A stretch of DNA of 64,000 nt from a virus (IMGVR_UViG_3300008450_000030:2208-66207), one strand, 5' to 3'. Positions 9,226 to 18,537 are shown, counted from the first letter of the stretch. The notes: generated by a model from the letters alone, not told the origin. Made by a program: numbers and translations.

Positions 9226-9705
9226 TTAAGAACCAGAACCGAAAGTGACCTTCGACTTCTTCTCTGCGAACAGAGGCATACGAGGGTCACTATCACGAAA
9301 GAAGTTGTTGTCTACCGATTCCATCTGAGACTTGTTCTGGTTGGAGTAGTGAGCTTCACGCTGATCCAAGAACTCTTTAGGAATACGGCAAAGCAACAGC
9401 CCACCCATTTCGATGTTTCCCTTGAAACGACCTTCTGTGGTGGCGTGCATCATCATCTCAGGATAGTCCTCTGCCTTGCAGGGTTCGTATCCTTCGCGTA
9501 ACTTGGAAGAAATGTTTGATGGATCAGATACGCCAACCGTAGCAGTGCGAATCCACCTGTGTTTCCATCCCTCACGTTCGTCAGGGCTAGGAAGTGTCTC
9601 AGGAGGACGCCATGCTTGCTGGCGCTTGGTTGTAGAGCGTGACTCCAACTCGCGGTTGATGCGTGTCTGGGCCTTCTCGGAAGCAACGGTTTGATCCATA
9701 TTCAT
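9226..9705 (-). CDS. Conserved head-module protein
   Basis: WRPPETLP...HRWIR...KLREGYEP...GGLLLCRIP. Confidence 0.75.
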   Translation of the reverse strand: MNMDQTVASEKAQTRINRELESRSTTKRQQAWRPPETLPSPDEREGWKHRWIRTATVGVSDPSNISSKLREGYEPCKAEDYPEMMMHATTEGRFKGNIEMGGLLLCRIPKEFLDQREAHYSNQNKSQMESVDNNFFRDSDPRMPLFAEKKSKVTFGSGS

Positions 9706-10649
9706 TCACCTCTTTTCAGTTGAGCAACCTGTTTTGCGTATAGTTCCAAAGGAACCCCAAGTCTGCGAGCTATCGCGGCTTCGGATGCCTTCAACTTAAT
9801 ACGGTTAGGCGGTGTACTGCGCGTAGCCGGAGCTACTACAGTAGATGGTTTTGTGGCACGGCGTGGGGTACTATCCTCGTCCGGTTCATCGCTCTGAGCG
9901 GTTTCAAACTGCTCAGGAAATCTCTTACGCATCGTCTTATCAATAACATCAAAGTATTCTTTGCTACCGATAAAGTCTGCACCATACTCGCGTTGCAAAC
10001 GCCTGTCAAGTCCCATCGCTGCGGCGGTCATTTCTTCATCCTTACCCCACCAATCACTATTGGCCTCGACCCAGCGTTGGGTACGTGGATGCTCGATGGG
10101 TTTCGCTGCGGCGGGCTGATACTCTTTCTCTTCAACCTCGATTGGCTGCATACCAGCAGCACGCTCCAGACGGAGGGCTGCTTTGGTAATCTCAGCATTG
10201 GCTTCCGTTAGCGCGTCGGCATCGCCACTCTCGTATGCCTCTTTGTACTTCTTCTTCGCTACCTGAAGATCAGTTTCAGCCGCGCCCTTGGACGTTTCAA
10301 TATAGGCTTTGCTGCCATTAGCAAGCTGCTGTTGAAGGCGTTTGTTCTCCTCAAACACCTGTTTGGCGAAGGTTTCTGCAGCGGTGCGCTCACGCACAGC
10401 CTCTTCCTTGGCCCTACGCTCATCGTGATAGCCACGAGTGAATTTCTTGATCCTTGCCTGTACTTTCTCGTCGTACGTAGCAAGTTCTTCCTCCGTAGGG
10501 TCCTCAACGGGCTCCTTCATTGGCTTGCGATTGCGGTCCCCCGTGGGGGTGTCATCCTCAATCTCTACCTCAAACTTGTCGTCTTCGACAACAGCCTTAG
10601 CCGCTTTCTTCTCTTCGATCTCGTCGGGAAACTCAAAGTCGTCGTTCAT
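9702..10649 (-). CDS. Capsid scaffolding protein
   Basis: Acidic coiled coil ending AIARRLGVPLELYAKQ; lies between portal and capsid genes. Confidence 0.75.
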   Translation of the reverse strand: MNDDFEFPDEIEEKKAAKAVVEDDKFEVEIEDDTPTGDRNRKPMKEPVEDPTEEELATYDEKVQARIKKFTRGYHDERRAKEEAVRERTAAETFAKQVFEENKRLQQQLANGSKAYIETSKGAAETDLQVAKKKYKEAYESGDADALTEANAEITKAALRLERAAGMQPIEVEEKEYQPAAAKPIEHPRTQRWVEANSDWWGKDEEMTAAAMGLDRRLQREYGADFIGSKEYFDVIDKTMRKRFPEQFETAQSDEPDEDSTPRRATKPSTVVAPATRSTPPNRIKLKASEAAIARRLGVPLELYAKQVAQLKRGE

Positions 10650-10658
10650 GTTTGCTCC

Positions 10659-11078
10659 TTAACTAGCACGTGTAATGCCACGGGGGTCTTCAACTACCGC
10701 CTCAACTGAGTCGTCGTTGATGATGCGGAATTCACGGTTTTGAATCTTCAAGCGTGTACCGGAATTAGGGCGGCAGATGATGAAATCGCCTTCCTTGCAA
10801 GATGGACCACTAGGGAACCGAGTCTTGTCCTTGTACGCATCTGGGCCAACCTTGACCACGAACAGTACTGGGGTCAGCATCTCTTCGTAGTACATGGTCT
10901 TAGCATCTTTGACGATGCCAACTTCGCTGTTCTGATACTCCTCTATAGCGTCGGGAACAACGCACAGGAGGTGAAACGTCTTGGGGTCTGGCAACTGCTT
11001 GGCCTTCTGCTCGGTATCCTTGTTGAGGATTCCAGACAAATCTACGGCAGCGTTTTGGAACTTGAAGAGATCATTCAT
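10659..11078 (-). CDS. groES: GroES-like co-chaperonin
   Basis: VVKVGPDAY...CKEGDFI...GTRLKI...FRIINDDSVEAVV matches the Cpn10 pattern. Confidence 0.85.
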   Translation of the reverse strand: MNDLFKFQNAAVDLSGILNKDTEQKAKQLPDPKTFHLLCVVPDAIEEYQNSEVGIVKDAKTMYYEEMLTPVLFVVKVGPDAYKDKTRFPSGPSCKEGDFIICRPNSGTRLKIQNREFRIINDDSVEAVVEDPRGITRAS

Positions 11079-11268
11079 CGGCGTATTCTGCTTTCTGCAC
11101 TAGGTCGTTGATTGTGTTTTCTGCGAGGCTTAGACCAAGGATCACCCCGCAGACATGACGATACTCATCATGGCTGGACGCTCTACCGGAGGAGATGAAC
11201 GTGATTCGCTCATCACGAAGCTTGTGCATCTCCTTAACCGCTATCGCTAATACTTTGTACCCATCCAA
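11071..11268 (-). CDS. Small hypothetical protein
   Basis: 65 aa with EYRHVCGVILGL; coupled to portal and GroES genes. Confidence 0.75.
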   Translation of the reverse strand: MDGYKVLAIAVKEMHKLRDERITFISSGRASSHDEYRHVCGVILGLSLAENTINDLVQKAEYADE

Positions 11269-13782
11269 TTAACGCTCCTTCGAGAAGGGATTGCTGGGCT
11301 GGTTTCGTTGCGCTGCCCGTTGCGCTGCGTTCTGAGACATCTGAGCTTTGTGCTTGGCAATGTCTACGCCAACTTTGGCACTATCAAGTTCAATCTGACG
11401 ATCCAGTTTGTCCCGTGCAGCGGCTGCAGTAGCACCAACCTGCATAGCCGCGATCTCTTTCTGTGACTCAATGCGCTCACGCTCGATCTCAATCTGGTCA
11501 GCTTTGGCTGCAGCGTCGATCTGCTGCTTCTGTTGCTTGAGTTCCAACTCCTTCATCTTCAGTTGGAGTTCTTGCTGCTGCATCTGCACGATTGGGTCTT
11601 GTGCTTGTTGCTGTGCTTTTTGCTGCTGAGACTCTTGCTGGTTCTGCTGGAGAAGCTGCTCCGCAGCTTGCATAGTCATCATGGCAAGTTGCTCGGCCAT
11701 CTCGGGAGGCATGTTCTTGGTCTGGTCCTCAGTTGGCAGTGGCATACCCATAATCTGCTCGATGCGCCTACGGTATGCGAACGCAATGTGCTCGTTAATG
11801 TGGTCCATAAGCGCACCAGCGATAAGCTGCGCCTTGGGGTTGTTTGCCATCAACTGCTGAATCTGAGGGTCCTGCATCGCAGCCATATGCACTTTGATAT
11901 GCGCTTCTTGGTTCTGGATAAGGAACGCCTTGACGGACTTGCCAGTCAGCAGGTTCTGGTTCTCCTGCACTGGGTCAGTAGGTACTTGATCTTCCTCTAC
12001 AGGGACCAGCTTCGCCGCATCCTTGACCCCAAGGACCTCAATCATGCTGCGGTGCAGCAAAGGCAAGTTGTAGAGTTGCGGTGCGCTCTGGGCCAACTGG
12101 AACACGGCTTGGTAGGTCACGATCTTCTGTGCCATCGTCGCTGCGTTCGGGTCCGACACAGGGATAACGTCCACCATGTCGTAGTCGGCTTTCTTAACCT
12201 GACGGTTACCTTCTACTGGGTCGTAGTCATACTCCTCGGGCGTATAGTCAGCAATGATGACCTTCAGGAGCTTGAACTCCTGCTTCATGGCGTAGTGCAT
12301 CCGTGACTGCACAGCCGTCATCACCTTGAGGGTTCGCTCCAGAATCGCCAGCGTTGTCCCTACTGGGGCATTGCTAGACATATCCGATACCTTCATGTCT
12401 CCCGCAGATGCAAACGCACGCCCTTCCTGCACGATTCTGTCGAACAGGGTGTAGAGAACTTGGCTTGGTTCTTTGTACGGCAGCGGTAGAATGTTGTCTC
12501 GGATGCTTCCTGAAGGCACATCTACGTCTCGGAATTCTCCGGGAGCGATTGGGGTATCGTCACCCTTGATCCGCAAGCCCCGTGACTTCAAGCCACCGGG
12601 GAGGTTAGACAGCGTACCTGCATCCACCAACTGACGAATCAGCATGGTGGCGCTCTTGGCGTAGCCACCGATGAGGTGGATCAGACCGTACCCGTAGAAG
12701 CCGAAGCCGGGGATGTATTGGTAGTGGACGAAGTGCTGGCGCTTGGTGTGGAGTTCATCCCCCTCGTACCAATTTCTACGAATGGCTAGGATTTCTCCTG
12801 TGCTTTTTTCTACTGTGACTACGTAAGGAAGGGCAATCCCAGTCTCCTTCCCCTTCTTGTCCGTATGCTCAAACCCCGGCAGGTCCAAGTCAACGTGCAT
12901 CTCCAAGATGCGGAACCGATCATCGTTCAGGGCAGTCATGCCCATCTCTTCGGCTTTCTGCTTCTCGATGTCGTCAAGCTCGTGGGTGGGCTCACCCAAC
13001 TCCACATCGCAATAGAACCCAGCTTCCTGCAGCTTGAGAATCTCGTTCTTGGTCTTGCGCATCACGTGCGTGACCCGCTCGGCGGTTTCCAAAGACGATG
13101 CTCCGTACGGAACCACGATGTCCTCAGCAGGGATAAACATCGCCGTCTGACGCCCCTTGCTTGGGTCGTAGTACACCTTCTTGAAGGCAGAGCCAGCCAG
13201 AGGCAGGTTCCACAGCAACTTCTCATGCTCTGGGCGGTACTCGCTCATCACCTCAGTAAGCTGGTAGTTCATGTCCTCGCGCACACGGGAGGCTGCTTCT
13301 TCCCGCTTACGGTCAATAGCACCGACGATCAGGGTCTTGACTGGCCCCGCTGCGGGGAAAGTCTCCATCATGGACTCGGACTGGAACCGCACTACTGACT
13401 CTGTGAGCATGGGGTGGAACACTCCACAAGCTCCGTTCCACGGTTCAGTGCGCTCTTCGTACTTCAGCCCAAGCAACTTCAGCCCGTCTACATAGGTAGA
13501 AATCCAGTCCTTGCGGTCACCGATGTCTTTGGTGAAGTCATCAATCAGGTCCCCACCCAGCAGCTTCAGGGCTGAGTCGTCCATGTAATCAGCGAGGTTC
13601 GCATCGAACGTATCAGCGGTTTCCTTCTCGGGCATGAGGTCAATCTCAAGGTCACCGATGCCGATGCTCACAGCTTCAGGGTCTTCGATCTCAATTTCTA
13701 TCTCTGGAGCTTGATTCTCCATGTCCAGTTCATCCAACCCCATAGGGGCTGCGTACAACCCTTTGTCCATATTGCCAGCCAT
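11269..13782 (-). CDS. Portal protein (P22-like, long C-terminal coiled coil)
   Basis: 837 aa directly after TerL; GSAFKKVYYD; Q-rich C-terminal barrel region. Confidence 0.88.
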   Translation of the reverse strand: MAGNMDKGLYAAPMGLDELDMENQAPEIEIEIEDPEAVSIGIGDLEIDLMPEKETADTFDANLADYMDDSALKLLGGDLIDDFTKDIGDRKDWISTYVDGLKLLGLKYEERTEPWNGACGVFHPMLTESVVRFQSESMMETFPAAGPVKTLIVGAIDRKREEAASRVREDMNYQLTEVMSEYRPEHEKLLWNLPLAGSAFKKVYYDPSKGRQTAMFIPAEDIVVPYGASSLETAERVTHVMRKTKNEILKLQEAGFYCDVELGEPTHELDDIEKQKAEEMGMTALNDDRFRILEMHVDLDLPGFEHTDKKGKETGIALPYVVTVEKSTGEILAIRRNWYEGDELHTKRQHFVHYQYIPGFGFYGYGLIHLIGGYAKSATMLIRQLVDAGTLSNLPGGLKSRGLRIKGDDTPIAPGEFRDVDVPSGSIRDNILPLPYKEPSQVLYTLFDRIVQEGRAFASAGDMKVSDMSSNAPVGTTLAILERTLKVMTAVQSRMHYAMKQEFKLLKVIIADYTPEEYDYDPVEGNRQVKKADYDMVDVIPVSDPNAATMAQKIVTYQAVFQLAQSAPQLYNLPLLHRSMIEVLGVKDAAKLVPVEEDQVPTDPVQENQNLLTGKSVKAFLIQNQEAHIKVHMAAMQDPQIQQLMANNPKAQLIAGALMDHINEHIAFAYRRRIEQIMGMPLPTEDQTKNMPPEMAEQLAMMTMQAAEQLLQQNQQESQQQKAQQQAQDPIVQMQQQELQLKMKELELKQQKQQIDAAAKADQIEIERERIESQKEIAAMQVGATAAAARDKLDRQIELDSAKVGVDIAKHKAQMSQNAAQRAAQRNQPSNPFSKER

Positions 13783-13791
13783 TTTGTGTCC

Positions 13792-15315
13792 TTAAACTGT
13801 GTAGTACCGCTCTTTGCGGGAGCTTTTGAACCATTGAACTTCTTCGGGCTCGTCTGTAGGCAGACGGAGGAAACCCCCCTGCCTGAACCGCATCAGGGCT
13901 AGAGTCGTTGCGTCCACCAAGTCATCGTGCTCGCCTGAGGGAAACTCAGCGACTTCATCCACTAACTCCTCAGCCCAGCGAGTTTGAGGGACCCACACTT
14001 TCCCAGAGGCGATTATGTCCGAGACTGCGTTCAAACGGGCGATCTTGTCCTGACCCTTGGATGGCGTGTATTCCTGTACTGGTATGCCCATCGCCCGTAG
14101 GTCGTAGATCAGCGGAGCCCCCGATGCCTTCTTCTCGATCAGCACACCGTCAGGCTCGTACTTGTTGTACTCCTTGAGCACATCTTTCTTCAGGTCTGGG
14201 TACTCAACTCGCTTCTTGTATGTGTTGAGCAAGATGATGTTCGGCCTGTTGCCATCTTTCAGATGGTTAAATATCCCCCACGTAGTACCTGCGGAATAGT
14301 CGGCGCGGTTGTTTTTCTCGAACGCCGTGTCCCAAGTCTGGAGAATATAGTCGCATTTAGGTGGGTCGTCCTCCTCCCACCACTGCCACCAATCTCGCTT
14401 GACAATAGCACTCTCATTACCAACAGGGTTCTGCTGATACTGTGCTTGCCACTTCGCGTTGGGTAGTTCTTCCTTGAGGGCCTCTAGCTCCTCAATACCC
14501 CAGAACTGAGGCCACAGTGGGTTACCACTCGGCAGAATCGCCGGGAATTCAATAACCTCCCACTCTTCACCGCCCCGTTGAGCCGCACTCTTTAGTACCT
14601 GCCCAGTCAAATCCCTCTGACTCCAGCGCGTCATCACAACTACGATGGCTCCTCCCGGCTGCAGACGCTGCCGTGGTCCTGATGTGTACCACTCGTACAC
14701 CTTATCGTATACGTCTGGGTTGATAGCTGCCTGTGCAGCCTCTTGTTCTGAGTGTGGGTCGTCAATAATGAGTACGTCAGCACCCTTACCCGTCACCGCG
14801 CCGCCCACACCGATAGCGAAGTAGTCACCGCCCTTGCTGGTGTTCCATCTACCAGCCGCTTTCGAGTCCACTTGAAGCGAAAGCTCGGGGAAAATGTCCT
14901 TATACGCCTCGGAATCGACCAAATTTCGTACTTTTCGACCAAAACCGACAGCCAACTCAGCAGTGTGGGACGTTTGAATGACTTTCTTGGCAGGAAACTT
15001 GCCCAAGAACCACGCAGGGAGCAGATAAGAGGCAAATTCGCTCTTGGTATGGCGCGGAGGCATGTTGATGATGAGCCTCTTGCACGATCCAGAGGCCACT
15101 CTCTCGAACGCATCAGCCATTCTGCGGTGGTGAGCACCCGAAATGAACGAAGGCCACGCTTTCTCCACGAACTTGATGAACTTGGTCTGGCAGAGTTCTC
15201 GCTCTTTCAGCTTCTCCAGCCGAATTAGCTGCGCCTCAAGTACCCGCAAGTCCGACTCGCTCAGTTTCCCTGAGTTAATCAGAGTTTCTATGTCTGAGAG
15301 GGTTACTTCACTCAT
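13792..15315 (-). CDS. terL: Terminase large subunit
   Basis: Walker A variant MPPRHTKS, Walker B IIDDPH, VMTRW coupling motif, RNase H-like WDTA...HDDLVD. Confidence 0.96.
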   Translation of the reverse strand: MSEVTLSDIETLINSGKLSESDLRVLEAQLIRLEKLKERELCQTKFIKFVEKAWPSFISGAHHRRMADAFERVASGSCKRLIINMPPRHTKSEFASYLLPAWFLGKFPAKKVIQTSHTAELAVGFGRKVRNLVDSEAYKDIFPELSLQVDSKAAGRWNTSKGGDYFAIGVGGAVTGKGADVLIIDDPHSEQEAAQAAINPDVYDKVYEWYTSGPRQRLQPGGAIVVVMTRWSQRDLTGQVLKSAAQRGGEEWEVIEFPAILPSGNPLWPQFWGIEELEALKEELPNAKWQAQYQQNPVGNESAIVKRDWWQWWEEDDPPKCDYILQTWDTAFEKNNRADYSAGTTWGIFNHLKDGNRPNIILLNTYKKRVEYPDLKKDVLKEYNKYEPDGVLIEKKASGAPLIYDLRAMGIPVQEYTPSKGQDKIARLNAVSDIIASGKVWVPQTRWAEELVDEVAEFPSGEHDDLVDATTLALMRFRQGGFLRLPTDEPEEVQWFKSSRKERYYTV

Positions 15316-15919
15316 CGTTTTGGATATCTTCTGGGGTATCTTTGGGCATATCTATCTGCATCTCTTGGCTTGGGCTCATACCCAGTTGCGCATCGAGGTC
15401 ATCAATAGGGCCAATATCCGTAATGTCTGCGTTCAATAGTCGTTTTACTCGCTCCTTGATACTATTTTCAAGGGCTATGGATGTCTTATGGTGGATAGTT
15501 ACTTCACTACGCTCAGTGAACAGCCCAATATCGCTGTGCTTACCTAGCAATTCCAACGCACGGAGTTCTAGCTTCGGGTCGCCGCAATCCGCAAGGCTTA
15601 CTAGCTTGTTGGTAATGAAGTTCCGAGCTTGCAGCGCATCTGCAAACGAACTGAAGTCGAACCGCCTGATTAGCGCATGGGCTGCAGCGGCTTCTGGAGA
15701 AGACGACAAATGCTTCGGGACGTTCGGTTTGTCCGTACCTTGGATGAGTTCTGCTGCTTTGTGCAGGTCATCGTCGTCGTAGCTGATGTCCCCACCGAGT
15801 TCCTTAATGAAGTCGATAGTGTTCGCAGCAACAGCGAGGCTATCTGAATGGGTCTTGGGCTGCTCATCAGATATGTCGAACGGCAGAGGCACTGCCGTAG
15901 TTGGCTCAATTTTCTGCAT
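15308..15919 (-). CDS. terS: Putative terminase small subunit
   Basis: Immediately upstream of terL; LRALELLGKHSDIGLF motif. Start reassigned to the ATG at 15919. Confidence 0.65.
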   Translation of the reverse strand: MQKIEPTTAVPLPFDISDEQPKTHSDSLAVAANTIDFIKELGGDISYDDDDLHKAAELIQGTDKPNVPKHLSSSPEAAAAHALIRRFDFSSFADALQARNFITNKLVSLADCGDPKLELRALELLGKHSDIGLFTERSEVTIHHKTSIALENSIKERVKRLLNADITDIGPIDDLDAQLGMSPSQEMQIDMPKDTPEDIQNDE

Positions 15920-16235
15920 ATGCACCGTGGTTAGCGGGAAGTTGCCCGAAATGTACCAGAAAAATATATGGGGGTGGGGGGTGTACGAAAAGAAAAATGA
16001 TGGGGGTGGGTTCTGGAATACAGATTTCCGTAGGAGAGTATAGAAAAAGTGAAGGGGGGTGGGGGGTGAAATGAAAAACTCGAATCTTTGTGATCGAGTG
16101 AGCGGAACACTGTGTATGGGGGCCCCACCTCCTTGCCCTGCCAAAATGGGGTCATGGGGTCTTTCTACCCGTCAACCCTAACATTGTGAGGCCACTCCCC
16201 ACCATTCCACACCTGAATTATTCTTTACGGGAAAC

Positions 16236-16264
16236 TTGAATTGTACCCTATTTTGCGATATAAT
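16236..16264 (+). promoter_or_regulatory. Sigma70 promoter for the first early gene
   Basis: TTGAAT-17 nt-TATAAT. Confidence 0.75.
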
Positions 16265-16343
16265 AGCGGCATGGCATCGGAATCGTTGTCATCCGGTTAG
16301 GCGGTCCCCCTAACATTGTTAGAGTAATTAGAAGGGTTTCATC

Positions 16344-16973
16344 ATGTCTCAAGTTCAAGTAATCCGCGCAGATGCTGCGCCCGAGTTGGCCCCTCTCCGC
16401 GCTGCTATCGCAGACGCTGCCGCTACTGTCTACGGGGCCAAGATTCGGTACGCCGAATCGTTGAATCTTTCGTTCGGCGTGACTCTCGAAGCACTCGAAG
16501 TCAAGTCGGCGGATGGTTCGATAATTGATCTGCGCCCGTCTGTCACGGGTTGGTTTGATGTCGAACATGGTTCGACGGCCCCTGATGCTAAGCCCATCTT
16601 GACCGAGAAGGAGGCTTTGTATAACGTGCTCAAGGGTTCAAAGCACTCGAACCCGTCGAAAGTCTGGGCAGATATCCGAAAGTATGGTCGCGCAGATGCG
16701 ATGAAACAGGCAGAGGGCATCTGTCTGGCCGGAATCAAAGCGCAGTCCATTGTCATGCCAGAGGGCACAACACGGCCTGACCCGTTGGCGGCAGATGCTA
16801 AGGGCGCGAACGACTCGAAGTCAATCCGTCTGCGAATGATGGATGATCTGAAAGTGCTCTACAAAGCAGCGAAGCGCGAGAAGTCGCTGAGCACGGAGGA
16901 GGCAAACTGTCTGGTGCATATCAGTAGCGCGCTGATTGCACTCGGCGTTGATCTGTCAACCCTCACGAAGTAA
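16344..16973 (+). CDS. Hypothetical early protein (monocistronic)
   Basis: 209 aa with its own promoter and terminator; no family recognised. Confidence 0.8.
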   Translation: MSQVQVIRADAAPELAPLRAAIADAAATVYGAKIRYAESLNLSFGVTLEALEVKSADGSIIDLRPSVTGWFDVEHGSTAPDAKPILTEKEALYNVLKGSKHSNPSKVWADIRKYGRADAMKQAEGICLAGIKAQSIVMPEGTTRPDPLAADAKGANDSKSIRLRMMDDLKVLYKAAKREKSLSTEEANCLVHISSALIALGVDLSTLTK

Positions 16974-17040
16974 TCTAGCAAGACGGGACCGCCTAACATT
17001 GTTAGGCGGTTTCCCCCTAAACCCTCTCCCGCTAGCCTCA

Positions 17041-17066
17041 AGCCCGCCACTCGGCGGGCTTTTTTT
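17041..17066 (+). terminator. Rho-independent terminator
   Basis: AGCCCGCC-ACTC-GGCGGGCT followed by a T run. Confidence 0.9.
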
Positions 17067-17123
17067 CGTCCGTCATTTTGCTTCACGGCCTAACAATGTT
17101 AGGCCATCGTCGGCCCGCTTCGC

Positions 17124-17395
17124 GGACCAGTTCTCTGTGCGGGGGTAGGGGCAAGCATGGCGTCTAGGCGCGTTACGTTTCCGCAGCGGCTAACAATGTT
17201 AGGCCGCGCTGGACCAGTTCTCTGTGCGGGGGTAGGGGCAAGGCGGCGTTACGTTTTTGCCTGTGGTAGGGGATACCCTAGTTTTCGATCACTATCTGTA
17301 GTTTGTTACGTTTTTCAGAGCCAGATGAGAATGATTCTCACAGTAGGCCCAGAAACGTAACGCCACCGCTGGACCAGTTCTCTGCGCGGGGGTAG
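17124..17395 (+). repeat. Three direct repeats GGACCAGTTCTCTGYGCGGGGGTAG
   Basis: Copies at 17124, 17211 and 17371; the first two extend identically through GGGCAAG. Confidence 0.9.
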
Positions 17396-17740
17396 TGCCT
17401 AACAATGTTATGTTTTTGGGCGTTATGTTACGTTTTTGGCGTCGTTGTTACGCCACACTTTTCGCTAAGTCCTTGTCAGCAAAGGGATGTTACGTTGTTA
17501 CGTTTTTGGCGAAAATGTATGGAAGTCCACCAAGCCGGAAAAAAGCATAACGGACAGCAAGCGCAATTCGCACTACACGTTCAATTTTCTGGCGCCATTC
17601 ATATATTTTCTAAAAAACGTAACAACGTAACATACCCCATTTTTCGTCTCTAAGTCATTGATTTATATGGCGATGTTGCGTTACGTTTTCCGTTACGTTT
17701 TCATTTCCCCCTCGTAACATCAGAACGCGCCAAACGTAAC
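17172..17740. other. Putative replication origin: GTTACG iterons, 21-bp inverted repeat, IHF site
   Basis: 14 GTTACG/CGTAAC hexamers; perfect inverted repeat 17487-17507 / 17613-17633; IHF consensus match at 17651-17663. Confidence 0.6.
17326..17340. promoter_or_regulatory. Fur-box-like 7-1-7 palindrome
   Basis: TGAGAAT-G-ATTCTCA versus the Fur consensus TGATAATnATTATCA. Confidence 0.5.
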
Positions 17741-17804
17741 GCGACCCCCCTCTTGCTCCCGCTCTTGCTTCCGCCCCAACTTTACTCTGCGTAGTATAGT
17801 TTGC

Positions 17805-17833
17805 TTGACATTCATACCTTTTTGTGTTATACT
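17805..17833 (+). promoter_or_regulatory. Strong sigma70 early promoter
   Basis: TTGACA-17 nt-TATACT with extended -10 TG. Confidence 0.9.
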
Positions 17834-17909
17834 TTAGGTTGAGTGGGAATTTCTCCTACTCGCGGCAACTACCCCTAACAAAGTTAGGTGTACATCAGAA
17901 AGGTTAGCG

Positions 17910-18149
17910 ATGAGCAGCAGATCAGGAAACAACCCAGACCTAGACTGGGGCGAGTGCGGGCTGTGTGGAGATGACGTATCAAGCGAGAGGCTTCGGCTTG
18001 GGTACGTACTGTGCCTATGCTGCGGTGAGCAAGCAGCAGTCGAGGCCCGCAGTTCATGGTGCGTTGTGCCCATGAACAAGAGCAACTACATCCTAGTCAC
18101 CGACCTAACTTTGTTAGCCCAACTCAACCCAAAGAGGACCACACCATGA
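17910..18149 (+). CDS. DksA/TraR-like C4 zinc-finger protein
   Basis: CGLCGDDVSSERLRLGYVLCLCCGE. Confidence 0.65.
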   Translation: MSSRSGNNPDLDWGECGLCGDDVSSERLRLGYVLCLCCGEQAAVEARSSWCVVPMNKSNYILVTDLTLLAQLNPKRTTP

Positions 18150-18313
18150 ACACCCGCGAAGTAACCAACCAACTCCTGCGATGGATGGATGATGGCTTGA
18201 TTTCCCCCAAAGCCCTAGCCGAAGCCTGTCTCAAGTACATGAGCGAATCCGATGTCGCAGACATGGCGCATTGCAACGAACTCATCTGCAACGATGAGGA
18301 GGAACAAGAATGA
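18146..18313 (+). CDS. Small hypothetical early protein
   Basis: ATG at 18146 overlaps the upstream TGA; GAGG RBS; reads MNTREVTNQLL...CLKYMSESDVADM. Confidence 0.7.
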   Translation: MNTREVTNQLLRWMDDGLISPKALAEACLKYMSESDVADMAHCNELICNDEEEQE

Positions 18314-18537
18314 ACACCCGATTCGCAAACAAGTATGAGAAGGCTCTCATGTTGTGCCTTACTGCTAAGTTAGCAGGTGAAGTGCTCAACTACGACGTAA
18401 CCAAGGACAGCCGTGGCTATCGCTACATCATGGCCGAAACCGATAGCGGGTGGAGCGAGTGGTTCAACGAGGCGATGGAAGATGAGTTCAGCGATGAGTA
18501 CCGCGACTCATGGATGCACAGGGGGTGTGATGCGTAA
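18310..18537 (+). CDS. Small hypothetical early protein
   Basis: 75 aa; ATGA overlap; GAGGAGG RBS. Confidence 0.7.
   Translation: MNTRFANKYEKALMLCLTAKLAGEVLNYDVTKDSRGYRYIMAETDSGWSEWFNEAMEDEFSDEYRDSWMHRGCDA

Noticed and set aside
10659-11078. Phage GroES as a novelty
   Set aside because: Phage co-chaperonins for capsid folding are well known (for example T4 gp31).
15920-16144. N-terminal extension of TerS given in the ORF track
   Set aside because: The Pro/Phe-rich translation is just the reverse complement of G and A tracts; the ATG at 15919 is more plausible.
16310-16322. Palindrome being E. coli matS, dif or a restriction site
   Set aside because: It shares the 5-3-5 layout with matS but differs at the outer positions, lacks the XerC/XerD 11-6-11 layout, and restriction sites would be depleted rather than enriched.
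17124-17395. CRISPR mini-array
   Set aside because: Only three repeats with irregular periods (87 and 160 bp). The spacers contain other repeated motifs and there are no cas genes; the Cas4-like nuclease is an ordinary replication-module gene.
16936-17653. ORFs 16936-17148, 17157-17360 and 17405-17653
   Set aside because: They are translations of the repeat region (LTML, CYVF), follow or cross a terminator and lack convincing RBSs.
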